DNA of 60,201 nt. Source: Deltaproteobacteria bacterium. Its GTDB lineage: Bacteria; Desulfobacterota; Desulfobacteria; Desulfobacterales; ETH-SRB1. The stretch spans positions 1-60,201 of the forward strand of contig JAJSZW010000004.1 of NCBI GenBank assembly GCA_030262895.1, given 5' to 3'. This document shows positions 57,283 to 60,201 of the stretch, piece by piece (position 1 is the first letter of the stretch; each line of letters opens with the position of its first letter). The translations under genes were made by a program, and so were the position numbers. Under the pieces are notes generated by a model. That model was not told the DNA's origin. It searched no databases and saw only the letters and a program-made list of their open reading frames with translations.

Positions 57283-57554
57283 CTATGAGAACAGCATATC
57301 TCCCGGACTTTTGACACCCTTACCTCCACGATTTCCTTTTCACCCATCTCGGCAGGATGTCGTTTGCCATGATAAAAGATAAATTTCCTTATCCATTCGA
57401 TATAAGCCTGCTCTGTTCGAATACTATAGTGTTTGCAACGAATTCTGTTTCGAACCTGGTCCAATAGCTTCGGTTGTCTCGTGTCTGATCTATAAAATGC
57501 TTTTCTTTCCTCATAATGCTTTGCTTTTGCACGAGATTTCAATGAATTTTTCAC
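57283..57554 (-). pseudogene. intI: Integron integrase with the catalytic domain deleted
   Basis: N-term [22 protein letters not shown]...HGKRHP.EMG..EI joined out of frame to the C-terminus [16 protein letters not shown]. Confidence 0.9.
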
Positions 57555-57799
57555 GATTCAGCATTTCCCCTTGTTGTCTTCCGAATAATAATTTCGTTGA
57601 CTTTATCTCACATGAAAGTTAAAAATAATAACCATTTTGGGCGAAAATTCACTTTGTATGATCATTTGTTCATGTACCGATATAATACTAAAATCAAAAT
57701 TTTTATCAAGCAAAAAAGTCGTCTAATCCACAAATAGATCGTTTTATACGACCAAACAGCCGTATAAAACAATTTAGTACGTAGATTAGCCGTATTACA

Positions 57800-57833
57800 A
57801 GACGACTATTCGGCAGTCTACTATATGTTATCC
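57800..57833 (+). other. Putative attI site (crossover G|TTATCC)
   Basis: GTTATCC at 57827 is the exact complement of GGATAAC ending cassette 1; located between the divergent intI and the first cassette. Confidence 0.7.
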
Positions 57834-57859
57834 ATTAAATATAAACTGAGAAATTAAAT

Positions 57860-58663
57860 ATGGAAATAAGAAAAGACCTTTTAGAAATTTCTGATTTACT
57901 TCAACGCTTAATTGTTTTCTCTGGAGTCTTTTGGAAAAACAATTCAAAAAATTGGCCATACCTTAAAAACAGAGAAGATTTTCATCGAGTTTATGCTCTA
58001 AAAGATGAACACAGATATCCATTAGAAGAAGTATATGCGACAGGCAGAGATATAGCTGGATATATGTCTATGCAACTTACTTTATTTAATGAACCAGATA
58101 TATATCCAACCCTAACTTCCTTTATAAATTCCTTCAAAGGTAGTTGTCTTGATGAAATCGATCAGCTAAAAAAAATTACTAAAAAAGCACATAATATTTC
58201 AGAAGAACTTAAAAATTGTCCTTGGGCTGTCGGGCGTATGATCAAATTATTCAATGATCAGTTGGATATGTTTAAACCTATAAAACGAAGCTTAGATATT
58301 CTTCGTGAAACTGATTTATTCAAACGTGAAAATGGAGAAGCAGTAATGGAGGAGGCAAAAGGAGGAGATACTTTTAATATCTCCACAGTTAGTGGAAAAG
58401 TTAACGTAAACTCGGAAGATAATTCAACCAATGTTTCTATTAATGTTGAAGGTAATATATTTGGGGAAATTGCCGATGCTATTAAATCTGCTGATATCGC
58501 TGATAATGAAAAAGAAAAACTTATTAGTGAAGTGTTTGAATTAGAAAAATCTGTTGGAGATGATAGCTTTATCCCAAAATATAAAAGCTTTTTGCAGACT
58601 GCTGCAAATCATATGACGATATTGGCTCCATTCATCCCAGCTCTGAGCCAATTTCTTGGATAA
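57860..58663 (+). CDS. Integron cassette 1, hypothetical protein
   Basis: AT-rich 267-aa ORF with its stop inside the attC R'' box (GGATAAC). Confidence 0.8.
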   Translation: MEIRKDLLEISDLLQRLIVFSGVFWKNNSKNWPYLKNREDFHRVYALKDEHRYPLEEVYATGRDIAGYMSMQLTLFNEPDIYPTLTSFINSFKGSCLDEIDQLKKITKKAHNISEELKNCPWAVGRMIKLFNDQLDMFKPIKRSLDILRETDLFKRENGEAVMEEAKGGDTFNISTVSGKVNVNSEDNSTNVSINVEGNIFGEIADAIKSADIADNEKEKLISEVFELEKSVGDDSFIPKYKSFLQTAANHMTILAPFIPALSQFLG

Positions 58664-59020
58664 CCAGCGGGTGAACCGGACAGCAAGGGTCTGCTTCTTT
58701 TTAAACATTGAAAAACTTTTAAACTGAAGTTTCACGCTTTTTTCATAATGCCATTGTTGTAAATGCCATTATTGACTGATATCTGGGCCAAATTGGATTT
58801 AATTTTATAGGAGTTTGCCTCTACAGTAGCAAAACCCTATAAAACCTTTTTCAAAATCACAACAATCCAAAGTGGCTTTTAAAGCCGCATGTTATAAAGG
58901 TTTTATGATAATAACTTTGGTTCATAATATTCAAAAACGGTGAAACTTCAGCTTTTAAATAATGTGCTTTCAATCAACTTTTTTTGGAAACCCTTGCTGC
59001 CCGTTACCCCAACGTTATAT
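58658..59020 (+). other. attC site interrupted by a MITE
   Basis: GGATAAC-CAGCG-GGTGAACCGGACAGCAAGGGT ... ACCCTTGCTGCCCGTTACC-CCAAC-GTTATAT; 127 bp after removing the MITE and one TSD. Confidence 0.85.
58724..58951. mobile_element. 228-bp MITE, probably IS1634-related
   Basis: TIR CTGAAGTTTCAC / GTGAAACTTCAG; direct repeat CTTTTAAA on both sides. Confidence 0.88.
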
Positions 59021-59038
59021 AAAAAGGATTAATATTGA

Positions 59039-59640
59039 ATGGTAGAGCTCGATTTGATTGCAAAGATAAGGGAAACGGTTTCTAAGAAGGAAGCCCTGGG
59101 AGAAGCGGACGTGCGCTCTCTGATGATTCTTATCAGAAAACTGCTGGATCTAATGCAACAACAATCAGATCAACAATCATTCTTGATCACAAGGCTTTTT
59201 GCTAATTGGGCAGTTCATATCGAGATCACTAAATCAAATACAGGCCTTAGAATACTGTCGGCAATAAATGACGCACTGGTTACCTTTAAATCTGCCGATA
59301 CAGATGCATTGCGAAATGGTATTTCGAACGAAATAGGTTTTTCTGCCCTGCGTAGAGAAATGAAACTGTTTTTAAATAATACAGGAATAGACGATACGAT
59401 AGTTTCTGATAATCAGGTATGGGCCGTATTTGTAAATCATCTAATAGAAATAATTCGTGATGTGCCTTTATCCTTTCCTCCAATATCCACTTTAGACAAT
59501 GCAAAACGCAATATTTATGATCAAATAGCTCGTAATCCTATTAAACCTGGTGCAGGAGTGGTTGCAATTCAGATAACTAATGTAGACTACTCTGCTCTTG
59601 GAGCAAAAGACACTGGAGAAATCATGTGCCTTGCTATTAG
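59039..59640 (+). pseudogene. Integron cassette 2 ORF interrupted by an IS
   Basis: Starts 19 bp after attC; the last residues of the called ORF (PTFALFSS) come from the IS end at 59641. Confidence 0.7.
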
Positions 59641-60201
59641 CCCGACTTTCGCGCTTTTCTCAAGCTAAATTTTTCTTAAAATTGTAATTTGCAACAATAC
59701 CAATCAGTTGTGGAATCTATGCAATTTTTGATAAAAACACAATCTATTGATAATAAAGGGAATAAAATTTTGAGATCAAATGTAGTGCCTGTATAAAGTA
59801 CTGCGTGATAAAAATATATCTTGACATGATCCATTGTTCTATGCTTAGCTGATTTAATAAAATCAGAGGTGGAGCAATGTTTTTCAGAGAAGCAATTTCT
59901 AAAAATTCCAAGTCGCCAGTATTGCAATTGGTCGAAAACATTCGTACCGAAAAAGGTCCCAGGCAACGACTTGTTGTATCTCTTGGAACCTATCTCAAAA
60001 TTCCAAAAGAGAAACGTCGGGAAGTTGCTCGCATAGTAAAGGAAAGATTATTCGGTCAACAGAGTTTGTTTGAATATGATTCTCAGCTCATTGCTTATGC
60101 TGATAAAATTGTAAAAAAGATTCAGACTGAAGGAAAATGGAATTCAGTTAGAGAACAGGTATGTAAATTTAAAAAAACGACAAAAGACAAAGCTACAGCG
60201 G
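59641..60201 (+). mobile_element. IS1634-family insertion sequence (left end, runs off the window)
   Basis: Terminus CCCGACTTTCGC followed by a transposase ORF at 59877. Confidence 0.75.
59877..60201 (+). CDS. IS1634-family transposase, N-terminal part (not in the ORF track)
   Basis: MFFREAISKNSKSPVLQLVENIRTEKGPRQRLVVSLG; RBS GAGGTGGAG; open to the window end. Confidence 0.78.
   Translation, partial: MFFREAISKNSKSPVLQLVENIRTEKGPRQRLVVSLGTYLKIPKEKRREVARIVKERLFGQQSLFEYDSQLIAYADKIVKKIQTEGKWNSVREQVCKFKKTTKDKATA

Noticed and set aside
57162-57554. 130-aa ORF as an intact protein overlapping lexA
   Set aside because: Residues after EKEI are out-of-frame read-through caused by the integrase deletion.
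1-60201. tRNA, rRNA, riboswitch or sigma54 promoters
   Set aside because: None recognised by eye; a covariance or motif search would be needed to exclude them.

Overview
This window looks like chromosomal DNA from a deltaproteobacterium (probably Desulfobacterota; inferred from gene families only) and has four parts. (1) 1-8.2 kb: housekeeping and signalling genes (YajD-type HNH, PAS hybrid kinase, ABC-F ATPase, LysM-FecR plus CHASE2-Ser/Thr kinase). (2) 8.2-13.9 kb: four toxin-antitoxin modules and many gene fragments, punctuated by short direct repeats ending in GACCC/GTCCCC. (3) 13.9-53.9 kb: a complete type VI secretion locus (13 core tss genes, tagJ, tagF). It includes a vgrG1b-like effector block (DUF6484, DUF2169, thiolase-like, DUF4150, AHH nuclease, Imm11-like, TIGR02270), an extra single-chain TssB-TssC-like gene, a REP-flanked RAYT inside the operon, and an unusual divergent Thr-phosphorylation module. 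(4) 54-60.2 kb: recQ, lexA directly downstream of an internally deleted integron integrase, attI, two cassettes, a MITE inside attC and the start of an IS1634-family element. All family calls come from motif recognition by eye; no searches were run.
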